Shown here: piece after piece, positions 11,470 through 23,000 of the stretch | How positions within the stretch are numbered: the stretch's first letter is position 1 | Layout of the letters: each line of letters opens with the position of its first letter | Source of the DNA: Dimargaris cristalligena | Taxonomy: Eukaryota | NCBI GenBank assembly: GCA_003614675.1 | Contig: ML002416.1 | Coordinates: 1-32,785, forward strand | DNA length: 32,785 bases | Reading direction: 5' to 3' | The notes under the pieces: generated by a model | Databases searched by the model: none | Told to the model about the DNA's origin: nothing | What the model saw: the letters and a program-made list of their open reading frames with translations, nothing else | Translations under genes and position numbers: made by a program

Positions 11470-13686
11470 ACTAGCTGTATATCTATAAATGAGGAAGGTC
11501 AAATAATAATAGGCGGAAAATCGAGTTGAAAGGGGCGGATTTAGTTCATGGGACAAGGGGTCGGGGGTAATCGTATCGCGAAAAGAAGCCGAGATTAGAA
11601 GTAGACAGGGGCCAGGTAGTACAACGGACCTTCCCCATGGAGGCATGCACCTTATCGGGGCCGGAACTAAGGAGACGACGAGGGGCGAGTAGTAGACTTA
11701 CCGAAAAGGATGAACGGAGGCGAAATGAAAGATAAGGCGAAGGTTGAGGGAAGAATGGGAAGAAACAGAAGCAACGGAGTTGGGATGGAATAGAAATAAA
11801 ATAAAAGGGGATGAGGGGGGGAACCAAGGCGCGGGGAAATAGACTAAGCAAGCGTAAACAAAGGGAAAGAAGGATTGAGTACAAGGCCTTGGAAGAAATT
11901 CCCACTAAACGGGGAAAAAAGTCCCAAACCAAACTCCGCATCTCACTTCCAAGTGGAAAGGAAGGAGAGAGGAGAGAGGCTTCTTGCTATCCACCTGTAT
12001 AGGAAGGGGGAAAGGAGGAATCCACCAGATGGGGCAGCCTTGACCAATAGAATAGATTAGAGGGTTAATGCTGTACAGGCTGGGTGAATAGGCGACTATG
12101 GAACAGAACAAAGCGGTGCGGAAAAGGGATTCTGTTGCCTTAACTACTGCTACAAAATTAAACATACCAACTAAACAAGTGAACTATCACCGACTAACTG
12201 ACGACATCTGGGCTTGGAAGCTTCCGTCACCCTGGCTGCGGCCAAATCCCTAAACCGACCCAAACAAGTGGCCACCCACCCGTCAGTTCACAGATTCCTG
12301 CATGGACAGCACATGTTATTTTTCCAAAAATGAATATTGGAACACCAAGGCGCTATAGGATCACGAATAACCGTGCTGCTCTGCCACTCGTCAACAATAA
12401 ATGGTTCGTTTAAATCCACCTAGCCGGGCGAAGTTACCCCATTGGAATACCACGGACCAACAGAGGCACTGCGGTTCTTCCTGCTTAATTCGCATTCCGT
12501 GGAACCCCAAGTTCGTGTATACTCCAACCATGAAGGGGTCACTCGGCAGGCCTTTTACTTTACTTCCGGCCCCTTGCTGTGTCGTCGGCCATTCCCCATT
12601 TGGCTCCCCCTTCTGCGCTACCGGATGGCCGGTCAATTTATTTATATGCTGTATTTTATTCGAATATACCTCTCAGTCCACCCATGTCCCCATCCCTACC
12701 CATTCCATCCGTCATGCGGAACCATGCATCGTGGTGGTACACATTCCCAGCCGCCTGCTAAACCTTCCTTGACATTCAAATCACACGGGTATTAATTTAA
12801 CCAAGTCCATGCGAAATACCCCGGTATTGTTTACCAGTCGTTCTCTAAACCCTTAGTGTGATTTGCTGTTCAATCCAAGCAACACGAACAATATTGAAAT
12901 AACTTAATTGATGAACATCGCCCCATCTTCAAGTATGCATAGTTTAGCCCATGATTCATTGTGGTCAGCACTGGCAGTTTTATGGCCACTTATTTTTCCA
13001 TGATAGGGGCCGGCTTCATGCGGATAGGTTGGTATTGCTTCCGTACGACAAACCCATGTACGTAGGCTTGGAAACGTTAAACTAGGTCTCGGAAGGAACC
13101 CGAACGAAATACATCACGACGGAACAGCAGCATATTTCTTGCTAGGCATCAGATCCCACGGCCGAGCCGATGCATTCTCCAATATACAGCTGGATTGAAC
13201 TTGCCCCAAGCAGTTGGCGACAGAAAGTCGTAAGTTCGCGGGTTTGACCCTCCCTTAATGACAAACTAGTACAGTTCCCCAACATCAATACTTATGGTTC
13301 TTCAGGGCGGGCTTAACGAAATAGTTAAATCGACTAATTTGACTGAATGGCTATTATTGGCAATTTTTCGTGAACATACTGAAAGATTCGGGGCGAGGGT
13401 AAAGAAAGACGTTGAATTCAAAAATGACAAGGTATATGCAAGTACGGCGACTGTAATAAGTGTATAAAAAGTATATTTTCATCTAACGATTCGAGTGGTA
13501 TGACAGGGGGGAGGCAATCAAACGAGTAACCCATATTCCCAACTGAAATCCAAGGGAAACGGACCTATCCGTCAAATCAGCACACTGCGGTATTACAGGG
13601 TGAAAAAAAGTGGGGAGATGATTAAGCAAGCGGCAAACAATCCGGGGATAGAGTTAGCAGTTACAAAAGCAAAAGCGGGGTATTCC

Positions 13687-14820
13687 TCACAACGCCTCAA
13701 TTGGTGTCTCTGTCTGGACGGGCTGGCGGGCGGGTGAGCCGGGTGGGGGTGAGGATGCTGGTGAGGTTGGGTTGGAAGTGTACTTGAGAAGCACGGTCAC
13801 CACTTGGTCAACCACAGGCACTCCAGCCGTGGTGATTTTGAGCAGATTACCCGCCCGCTCCACGACCGGCACGTCAGGTTTGGCCACCTCGGCCTTGATG
13901 AGGGCGTAGCGGTCAGCCGCATGGTCAATGGCGGTCCGAACCGGCCCTTGGACTGGTTGGGGGAGGCGCTCGACCTGGGAGCTTAAGATGGTCGACACCC
14001 GCTCCACTTCGGCCAAGGCCCGTTCACTTAGGCTGTGAAGGTTGTTGTGGCTGGCCAAGTAATCAGTGGTGGTGGTCCGGGTCTTTGAAACATAGTCTTG
14101 GAGACGAGCATTGAATTGCTCCAGGTTTTGCTGGGAGGCCTGCAGAACGGACGACACCAGCTCGAGCGGGGGCTGGGCGGTCAGGCGAGTCGACAGCCGG
14201 CGGCGCACTTTGCGGCCGATGGCTAAAGCGTCGGTGGTGGGGATGGTTTCCGCGGGGGTTTCCTCGCCGTTCTTCTCGGGCAGCCAAGTGTCCAACGCCG
14301 TATCGACTTTGGAAACCACCTGGGCCATGCGGTCCTGGGCCTGGGCGGAGGCACAGGTGAAGGGCCGGGTCACGTTGCGGCTCACGCTATCGTAGTACAC
14401 CTGGTAAGTCTGTTTACCGCATTCCAGCACCTCATCGGTCGGCTTCGTCAGAATGGGGAAGCGCGATTCCAGCAGATCGAGGGATTGGCAACCAAATGAG
14501 TCGAGCGTACCCAGGGGCCCCTGCAGGCGCTCCACATAGGGTTCAGACAGGTCCTGGGCCCGATGGAGCAGGGTGGCGGTGTAGCCCACCAAGGGGTTGG
14601 TTAGGCGAGCGTACCGAGCAGTGGGGTCAGTCGCGGTGGCGTAGACGTGGGTGACGGTATCGTGCACCAGAGGCAGGTGAAAGAGGCGGGTCACAAAGTT
14701 GGAGGGGCTAATAGTATCAGAAGAAGTGGTGGCGGGGTCAGTTGGCTGAGGGGACGAAGAGGCGGGGGTCACGTCGGGCACGGCAGCCGGCGTCTCAGAA
14801 TCCGAGTGAGTAGACGACAT
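13687..14820 (-). CDS. Perilipin-family lipid-droplet protein (Pln1/Pet10/Cap20-like), 377 aa
   Basis: N-terminal FVTRLFHLPLVHDTV and LDSFGCQSLDLLESRFPILTKPTDEV resemble the PAT/perilipin domain, followed by amphipathic helical segments. GC-rich coding bias and no introns. Confidence 0.75.
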   Translation of the reverse strand: MSSTHSDSETPAAVPDVTPASSSPQPTDPATTSSDTISPSNFVTRLFHLPLVHDTVTHVYATATDPTARYARLTNPLVGYTATLLHRAQDLSEPYVERLQGPLGTLDSFGCQSLDLLESRFPILTKPTDEVLECGKQTYQVYYDSVSRNVTRPFTCASAQAQDRMAQVVSKVDTALDTWLPEKNGEETPAETIPTTDALAIGRKVRRRLSTRLTAQPPLELVSSVLQASQQNLEQFNARLQDYVSKTRTTTTDYLASHNNLHSLSERALAEVERVSTILSSQVERLPQPVQGPVRTAIDHAADRYALIKAEVAKPDVPVVERAGNLLKITTAGVPVVDQVVTVLLKYTSNPTSPASSPPPGSPARQPVQTETPIEAL

Positions 14821-15229
14821 AATGCAATATGTGTGGAGGGCAAGTGAAAGAGACGGAGGAAAGAAGGGGAAAAGTCGCCAAGGGGGATGTAGAGTTCAAA
14901 GGATGGAGGGAGAGAGAGAGAAAGGGAGTAGTGATATATATCCCTGAGATCGAATCGATGACACGAGAAAAGGATAAACGGGAGAGTGTGGTGGATTCAC
15001 TCTGCTACAATGGCTAAGTGATATGCGTGGGTCAGGAGCCGAATAGGTCTTGACAGGAGCTGCAAGCGGATAGGCGTGGGGAATTAGTGATGAAGATTAC
15101 ACCAGTGATGAAGGAAGGGGAGGAGAGACACAATGTGGGGAATGGATGATAAGGGGTGGTAGAACGAAATCAGGGGAATAGGAGGGTCCGGGAGAAAGGC
15201 AGCTTGGGAGGGAGGGAGGGCCCGGCGCC

Positions 15230-15250
15230 TATATATATATATATATATAT
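15230..15250. repeat. (TA)10 microsatellite
   Basis: TATATATATATATATATATAT run about 410 bp upstream of the perilipin ATG. Confidence 0.9.
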
Positions 15251-17253
15251 TCCATTCCAAGTGACCAAGTATATACAGATGGATAGATTGATATAACCAT
15301 GCTTGAATGCGCATACACGGTGGTCTGATACTGGGAGGGGTAAGCCGTCCTCATTACATGCGCATACAATGGCGGGTAGGCCCGGATAGTCAGGAGCCAA
15401 ACCGACGACGCTCCCCCTTTAATCCGATGAAAAGGACCGGTGAGCCCCACGACAATCCCCCCAGAGCCCATGGTGGAAGGTCTTTTCCTACATCTGGCTG
15501 TGTTACTTAAAACGAGGTGGTGCTGATGGGTGACGGTGCACTGTGATTGGCGGCTATTCCCAGTCTTAATCACTCCCCTTTGGCATGTGAAAGCCAAGGA
15601 TCAGTCTAGAATAAAATCGGAACCGAGGGGGATGAACCTTAAAGTATGCCAAACTTCGACCGGCCTGTACGGGTTCGCGTGATGGCCATTGAACTTAAAG
15701 GCATTGTCTGTTACGATTGAGGATATTAGGAATGTCGCCATGGAAAGAAAATATGGATGGCGAGGCCAGTGTTAAAAGAAGTGGGGGGTCGAACCTCTAA
15801 GAGTTGAAAGGGTGTGGAGGGATTGTGAGATCACAATTATACAGATGTGAGGAGGCGGAGAAGAAAATCCCAAAGACGGGAATTGGTAGAATGGTATAGG
15901 AAAGGCATGACCATCGAGGCCTAAGAGCCGGAAACAACTTGGGTCAAAGGCCCAAACAAGTATAAAGGTAGCCCCTATCCCGGGATTGTGGTACATGTAT
16001 CCTATATGGTCGGATACTCGCGTTGAAATAAGTCGGAGCCAGGGTTTCATTTAGATAAAAATGGTGCAGCATTGTCATTGGCATATTTTGAAATACCAGT
16101 TACTTACATGAAAAGGGTTCATGGCACAAAATAGGAGAGCCAATAGACATCCAAACAAGCACTGCCTTATTACTCGCTGGAAAATTGGTTTAATCGACCC
16201 GAAAAAGGGCACTATGCATGCGGAAGCTAAATTGATATTCCCATGGTAGCATATCTCCAGTCAGTAAATTTTACCTCCGTGAAAAGCAATTGAAATTGAT
16301 ATTTTCACATGTCCATTGCCATTTCACTCGACTGGTATGATAAATTCGACTATCCCCACTTCATTATTTCAATTCCAATTGTACTGGCAGAGCTTGGTTG
16401 TCAGCTGTAAGGTTTGAATATCCACAAGCCTAAGTAACTCTGAATCTGAACCTGGAGTTCCAGTGGGTTGTCAGTTACTCCAGAAAGTAAACTTGTCCAA
16501 TACTACTGATAATATTTGGGGTTTTGGTTGAATGCCCTAATTGTGTGGTAAAATCCACCCATATGTACCAAACTATGGATATCACGTGATCTTAAAAATA
16601 CCAACAACATCCCCATATTTGCCCGTTGCTTACCTAAAGCCCACAGGAGTATCCAACTTTCACAGTAGTGTGATGCCAGAAAGGGCAGAGAACTGTGGCA
16701 GCTACTCAATTGAGTACCAGTATAGTTGAAGGATTAAATCTTAACTATATTATAATATCGGGAGGGTTTAGGTAAATATACTGAACAAACCAAAGTGGGT
16801 ATTCTATCCACTGCCTCACTAGGTCAATGGGAAACCTGCGACTAAAAACACTTTTGTCAGTGGAGTAAGTTCAGAAATTAACCGAAAGGAATTAAAATAT
16901 AATTCGACACAATGTAGTGTAGAATAGTATACATCATTACAGCCAGGAACCTAACCTTAGACATTGACAACCCCAACCTATTAATGCATATTAGTTGATG
17001 GTAATCCCTAGTCTAGGAAAGCCCCTCCTATCTAACGAGGCTGGGTGATAATATTTCTATAGAATACCACTAAGGCAATTTTGGCCCACTTTCTTACAGC
17101 TAGTAAGCCAAATACCCAGAATTGGCGGGGAACATGATTATTCATACTTCAACATATAACTATGTAAACTTAGACCCATTTAGATGAATTATAGGCCATA
17201 TTTTGTTAAATTTTCATCAAAATCGCCATCACAAATATCTATTCACACCATAT

Positions 17254-17389
17254 GGGAGAAGTTCTTCCAAGCTGTATAACGAAAAATCCATTAGATTTGG
17301 CCAATATTACTAGTTAAAAATACATTTCCCATATATTTTCCCATACACGTATAATGTAAACCCTTATATAGCTGGGCCGAATTTCACCC
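17254..17389. mobile_element. 136-bp MITE-like element, copy B
   Basis: GGGAGAAGTTC...GGGCCGAATTTCACCC flanked by ATAT. Gap-free alignment to copy A, about 33 mismatches in 136 by hand count. Confidence 0.75.
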
Positions 17390-17589
17390 ATATGCTTTAT
17401 GTTAAACTCTTACTCAATTATTATCAATATAGTACCGACTGGTATGTCATAATTGGCTATCAGCGATAGATGTGAAATTCAGCCCATGAGTAATCCAACC
17501 TACATATACCTAGTCCCATTAATGAGGTTCGGAAATTCCACCACCGAAGGATCCCCTTCCTTCACCCATTCCCGCCACTTAATTCATAT

Positions 17590-17725
17590 GGGAAAGGTTC
17601 AACCTGGCTGTATAACAATAAATCCGTTGGATGAGGCAAAAGCCACTGGTTAATAATGGATCTCTCATATATTTGCCCGTACACATATCATCCAAAACCT
17701 TATACAGCTGCACTGAATTCCACCC
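17590..17725. mobile_element. 136-bp MITE-like element, copy C
   Basis: GGGAAAGGTTCAACC...GAATTCCACCC flanked by ATAT. Gap-free alignment to copy A, about 31 mismatches in 136 by hand count. Confidence 0.75.
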
Positions 17726-19269
17726 ATATATTCATTATCCCACCTTCATTATTATCACCCATTGCGTCCTACTGTCTAGAAGCATCCTCCAACATGTTCT
17801 GTGCTGTTCGAAATGCTTATCCTCAGTCTGCTCAGCTATATAAAGCCGAGCCCATTCCTATACGTATTCTTTAGTTATTTAGAGACTATAATACCCCCTT
17901 TTATTAGCTAACCCGACCAATGGGTGTCGGCTCTATTTGTTATCTATAAAGCGCCCCTCGCAACATAGGCATGTGTGTTTTTTCCTGTTATTTGTTCTAG
18001 GTATAGGCATTCAATTCATTATTAGTATTATTGCCCACAACTCCTACAATTTTTTCCATCATCATGTATGAGTTCTAGTGCCCTCGATTTCATATTCTGC
18101 ATTCTTAGGCCTAATGCGTCGAAGTAGGAGGAGTCCAGAACTGCCTTAGCTTGGTATTGCTCATGAAGTGTGTTATTTGTTTGGGAGTTGTTCTATTAAT
18201 AATCAATCAATTTCCCAGTAATATACATAGTTTTCTAATTCATTTATAAAATAACTACATTCTCTCGATCACTTATCCGCAATCTTCGTACAAATTATAA
18301 ACGGTAAATTCGGAATTCACTACCATTGGCCACTAAAACTTACTCAACTCGGTCTTCGTAACCCCCTCCCACCCCCTTAACCAAGTCCCATGATATCGTT
18401 ACTATATAAGTATACTTCTCATTGCCTATAGGGATTTAGTCGCCTTTAGATTGGCGATAATTCTCGGATTCAGCGCTCCCGCTTAATTAAGTGTTTGATG
18501 GGGATAGTGCATGGTCTATTGGGGGAAATAGTTCTCAACCAAAAGTGGCTTGTTTATCTCTGGCATGGGATAAGGCTATAGGCGAATGGCTTCGCAGCAG
18601 CCCCTGCAAGGAAAAGAGAATAGACGAGTAATTAGACCCCCTAATTGATCATCATTCAATAAGCTGTCGCCGTATCATTTCGACCTAGTGAACCTCGTAG
18701 CATCTCATACATGTGGTGATGGCTGACCCCCTTCAACCGGTATCGTGCATTGAGTCATAACCAAAGCAATGTGGTGCCTTGTGCCGCCGATTCAATGCTG
18801 TATTCGATGGCCCCTTAAGGTACGGGATATACCCCATATTCACAAATAATGCAGGGGCGCGTGATTGGTTTTATCTACCTAGAATACAGTAAGGAAGTAA
18901 TGTGGCGAGTTACCCTAGTGCATGCGACTATGTAATACCTGTTTTTAACAGGTTATACTGACTTAGTCGAAAATGGTCAGCCGAAAGCAGCCTTAGACAG
19001 GGACCCAACGGTTCCATTACCAATCAACCCTCTCGGATTTCAGAGAAATTTGTCCCCCTGAAAACCAGCAAGGTGGGTTCGCATTTACAGAAAGATATAA
19101 GAAGCTCCTAACTGGGCTGCCGTCGAAACCACCTTCAAGTTTTCATCATATCTTCACTGCATTCAGAGTTGGTATAGCCTAAACAAGATTCCATTTACAT
19201 TAAGATTGACATTATTACAATTAATTAACTCTATTATTTGACCTGCTTACCAAGTCCCAGTTACCCACG

Positions 19270-20040
19270 ATGATCGGAGCCGCCCTGAACACCCCTTCCA
19301 CAGCCCTGCGTTCGTCAGTGGTCCCGGCAAATGATCAGACCACAATCAATTTACCTCTTAGCAAACCCCGCGTCCCTGGTCTAGGTTATGCCGCATGGGG
19401 ATGCGACCTCTTCTTACCCGATCTGAAGCTGTTCCGTCGCGATGACTTCGATCAAATCGGCCAGCTAGCTACTGGTATTATCCTGAGTCGATACTGCCGC
19501 CAGCCTGCAGTTGCTTTTTCCTCCTGGCGAGACCCAATTGGGTCAAGTGATATTATTGGCCAGCCTCAAAAAAATCTGCGATTGATTCTTGTGGAGGTAA
19601 GCCCCGATACCCCTGTATCCGCCGCCATTCTGCAAAACCACGCGCTCAGTAGGTTCCTGGATTTGTCTGACCCGGTGGCCGGGGTTATCCTCCACACCAG
19701 TGCAGGTGGTCCCCCTGTGGCACATCCCATGCCTGAACCCGACAACAACTACTATCAGTCCAAGGAGGTCAAGGCGGTCGCACATATCGTTGATCTATTG
19801 ACCAGTAGTACCGCCCACATAGTTGTCAGTTGCACACTAAATCAGGGGCACATCCAGATCACAGTAACCCATAGTCGGGTCCAGTACCGCGACTCAGCCG
19901 TGGCCGAGTTCACTGATCAGTTTGTAACCATCTTTGCGGCCATTGTCCAGGCCTTAAAGTGTGATCAGCCCATCCTTATACGTAATATCCCATGGGTAAG
20001 TGGCCGGGAACTGGATCGCCTCATGGACTTCTCCCTCATG
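19270..20040 (+). other. NRPS N-terminal partial (C-terminal lobe) condensation-like domain
   Basis: IILSRYCRQPAVAF (~19477) parallels LLLSRYTDQPDVIFG in the intact C domain (~30247). No HHxxxDG. Boundaries approximate. Confidence 0.55.
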
Positions 20041-23000
20041 AACAAACCGATCCAGGGAATCGGTCCCCCTATCCATAAACTATTCCGTGATTGCACCCTA
20101 CGATATGCCGACCATATTGCCTTGGTCCACGGCCCTGACGAATGGACCTACGCTCAGCTCGACTCTGCTAGTTCCGAACTGGCCCGGGCCCTAGTAGATC
20201 AGTACGGGGCTCGTCCCGAAGTACGGTTTGCATTACTTATCCCCAAGTCAATCGCTTACACCATGGCGATTCTAGCGGTGCTTAAGTCCGGTGCCGCTTA
20301 CATACCCCTCGACCCCGACTATCCCCCCGATCGAATCCAGTTTGTTCTAGAGGATAGCAACGCGTCCCTGCTAATTGCCGCCGAATCAGTCCTCAGGAAT
20401 GTGTCGGGCCAGCTCAAGATATCCGCAATAACTGTGGATCCATTTGTCCGGCAGCAAGCAACTGCGGAGCTATCGGACTTCCAGCCGTTCCCTTCATCCC
20501 CTGGTGATCTGGCCTACGTTATTTATACCTCGGGAACGGCTGGCCGTCCCAAAGGTGTCTTGGTTGAGCACCGGGGAGTATCAAATTTTTCCATCGATCC
20601 GTACTTGCGCGAAGAGTACGGTCCAGGACATCGGGTTTACCAGGCCGCATCTGTCGCTTTTGATGGCATTCTCGTGAATACGTTTCGCACCCTATGTGCC
20701 GGCGGTACGCTTATTATACCCACCGAAAACCTACTCGAAGACCTGCAAACTATTCATACAGGCTTATTCTTGTCCTCATTTTTATCTCGACTGGACCCGG
20801 CAAGTTTTCCTAATATGCAAGCGATCGCGGTCGGCGGAGAGCCCCTGCTACCCGAACAGCAGGCCCAGTGGGCACCTCACTGTATTTTAGCCAATCATTA
20901 CGGTCCAACGGAAGCGACAGTTTACAGTAATTTGGCAGTGATAGGGCCGGATGACGATATCACGATTGGTAGGCCGATCCGTAATGTCTTTAATTTGGTG
21001 GTCGACGAGGAACTTCGACTAGTGCCGGTAGGGGTTCCTGGTGAACTGCTCATCGGTGGAGTAGGCGTCGCACGGGGCTATCAGAACCTACCCGAGCTGA
21101 CCGCCACAAAATTTATACCAAACCCACTGGGGAAAGGCCGGGTATACCGCACCGGGGATTACGTCCGATGGCTCCCAAATGGATCACTTGAATTTCTCGG
21201 TCGCATCGATAATCAAATCAAACTACGTGGATATCGAATTGAAATCGAAGAGATTGAGTATGTCGCGAGCCAATACCCAGGGGTTAAACAAAGCGTGGCG
21301 GTTGTGGTTCAGGATGCTTTGGTTCTCTACGCTAGTCCTGCAACCCTTGATCCATCTGGTTTGTTGAACTATTTAAGTGACCACCTATCCAAGCCAATGG
21401 TACCCGAGTTAGTGGTGCCTGTGTTGGACTTTAAGACCACCGGAGTAGGAAAACTCGATCGCCGGTCTCTACCCTCTGTCGATCATTTGTTATCAAAGCA
21501 CACGTCGACTTCCGGGTCTAGGCCAATTACCAATGGTATATTGTCAAAAGCCGAGGAGAGCCTCCGGCGGATCTGGGGCCAGGTTTTACAGCAAGACCCT
21601 GGTCAGTTTGATGCCACAGACCACTTCTTCAGAGTTGGCGGGGACTCAATTTCGGCTATTCTCTTGGTATCCAAGTGTCGACAATCGGGTTATCAACTGA
21701 CTGTGCCTCTGATATACCAGTATCCCGAGCTACGCCGGATGGCCCAGCAGGTACAGCAACCTACCTCCATGGACGGTAATACCGGCGTCCAATTTAATCT
21801 GTCTGATACCGAGTCTCAAGAAATTTCAGAGGAGCTAGTGCGGCGAGGTATTTTACCATCCGATGTTGAGGTGCTACTCCCCTGTATTGGGGTACAGGGT
21901 GGCCTATTGACTGGTCTGGGAGTGGACCCTTCTGCTTATACGGTCCAAATATCCATAAAAATTGGCGGACCCCTTGATTTCTCCAGATTGATTCAGGCCT
22001 GGAATGCCGTTGCCAAACAACATACTCCACTTCGCACTATGTTTGTGGAGTCATCCACCAAGCGGTCGCAGGGCTTCGTCCAGGCCGTGGTTCGCTCACT
22101 CTCGAATGTTTGGACCCTTGGGAATAAGCCTCTGGCCTGTCTTGATAGCTTTTTGGCCAACAATTTACGGCGTGGTTTCGTTCTAAAAGAGCTCATGGTC
22201 CGGAATTTTGTGTTTCCTACCGCTGATAGTCAGCTGTATGATGTTATTATTTCCGCCCACCACTCGCTCCTAGACGGCTGGTCGATGCCCCTTCTTCTCC
22301 AGGCTTGGATGGCTGCCTACCACCACCCTCAGTTACTGGTTCCATCGCCATTAACTAGCTTCCCGGCGGTTGTGGATTACGTGAACCAGATGGACACCGC
22401 CAAAGCAAGCAATTTTTGGGCCACCTACCTTCGAGATGCCCATTCCACACCCGCACCCATGCTCTTCCCGGGGCTCAGCGGAGCTTCGGGGTCGGCGATC
22501 TACTATGCCAGTATTGGTATCCCCAAGGCCCACATGCTGCAGTTTTCTCAAAGCCGCGGTATCACTCTGGCCACCTTATTTCGGGTTGCCTATGCCCTGG
22601 TTCTGGGCCGCTTGCTCGACCAGGATGATGTCGTATTCGGGGTGACCCTATCTGGTCGAAACCTAGATTTATTAGGTATGGATCAGGTAATAGGCCCCTG
22701 TATCAACACACTGCCCTTCCGGGTATATTTAGATCAGTCACCTATCCACTCTTGGTTACAGTCGCTTCATCATGCCCAGACGAGCATGCTCCAATTTGAG
22801 CACTCGTCCTTATCTGATATTACACGGTGGGCTTCAGCCGGTCAACGCGGACCGCTCTTCCATACACTTTTGGGCTTTGAGAATTACGCCAGCTACGTAG
22901 CTGAACCCTCTCACCATTTGATCCTGTCCGAACTCCGGGTTCACGAGTCGACGGAGTATCCACTAACCGCGGATTTCATAGTCCAGTCCACCGCTGTCCA

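Noticed and set aside
12391-12795. Overlapping 81-123 aa ORFs
   Set aside because: No recognisable domain or coding bias; probably intergenic.
13200-15810. T-loop-like GGTTYGA strings near 13240 and 15790 (minus strand)
   Set aside because: No cloverleaf or acceptor stem could be built; no tRNA, rRNA or CRISPR array is supported in the window.
16548-17570. Isolated TIR-like fragments (AAATCCACCCATATG near 16551; GTGAAATTCAGCCC near 17472; TTCACCCAT near 17561)
   Set aside because: They lack the element body or a matching end at the 136-bp spacing, so they were not counted as copies.
19270-19278. NRPS and both complete LPMO starts begin ATGATCGG (MIG)
   Set aside because: The similarity ends after 8 nt and the NRPS has no signal peptide; treated as coincidence.
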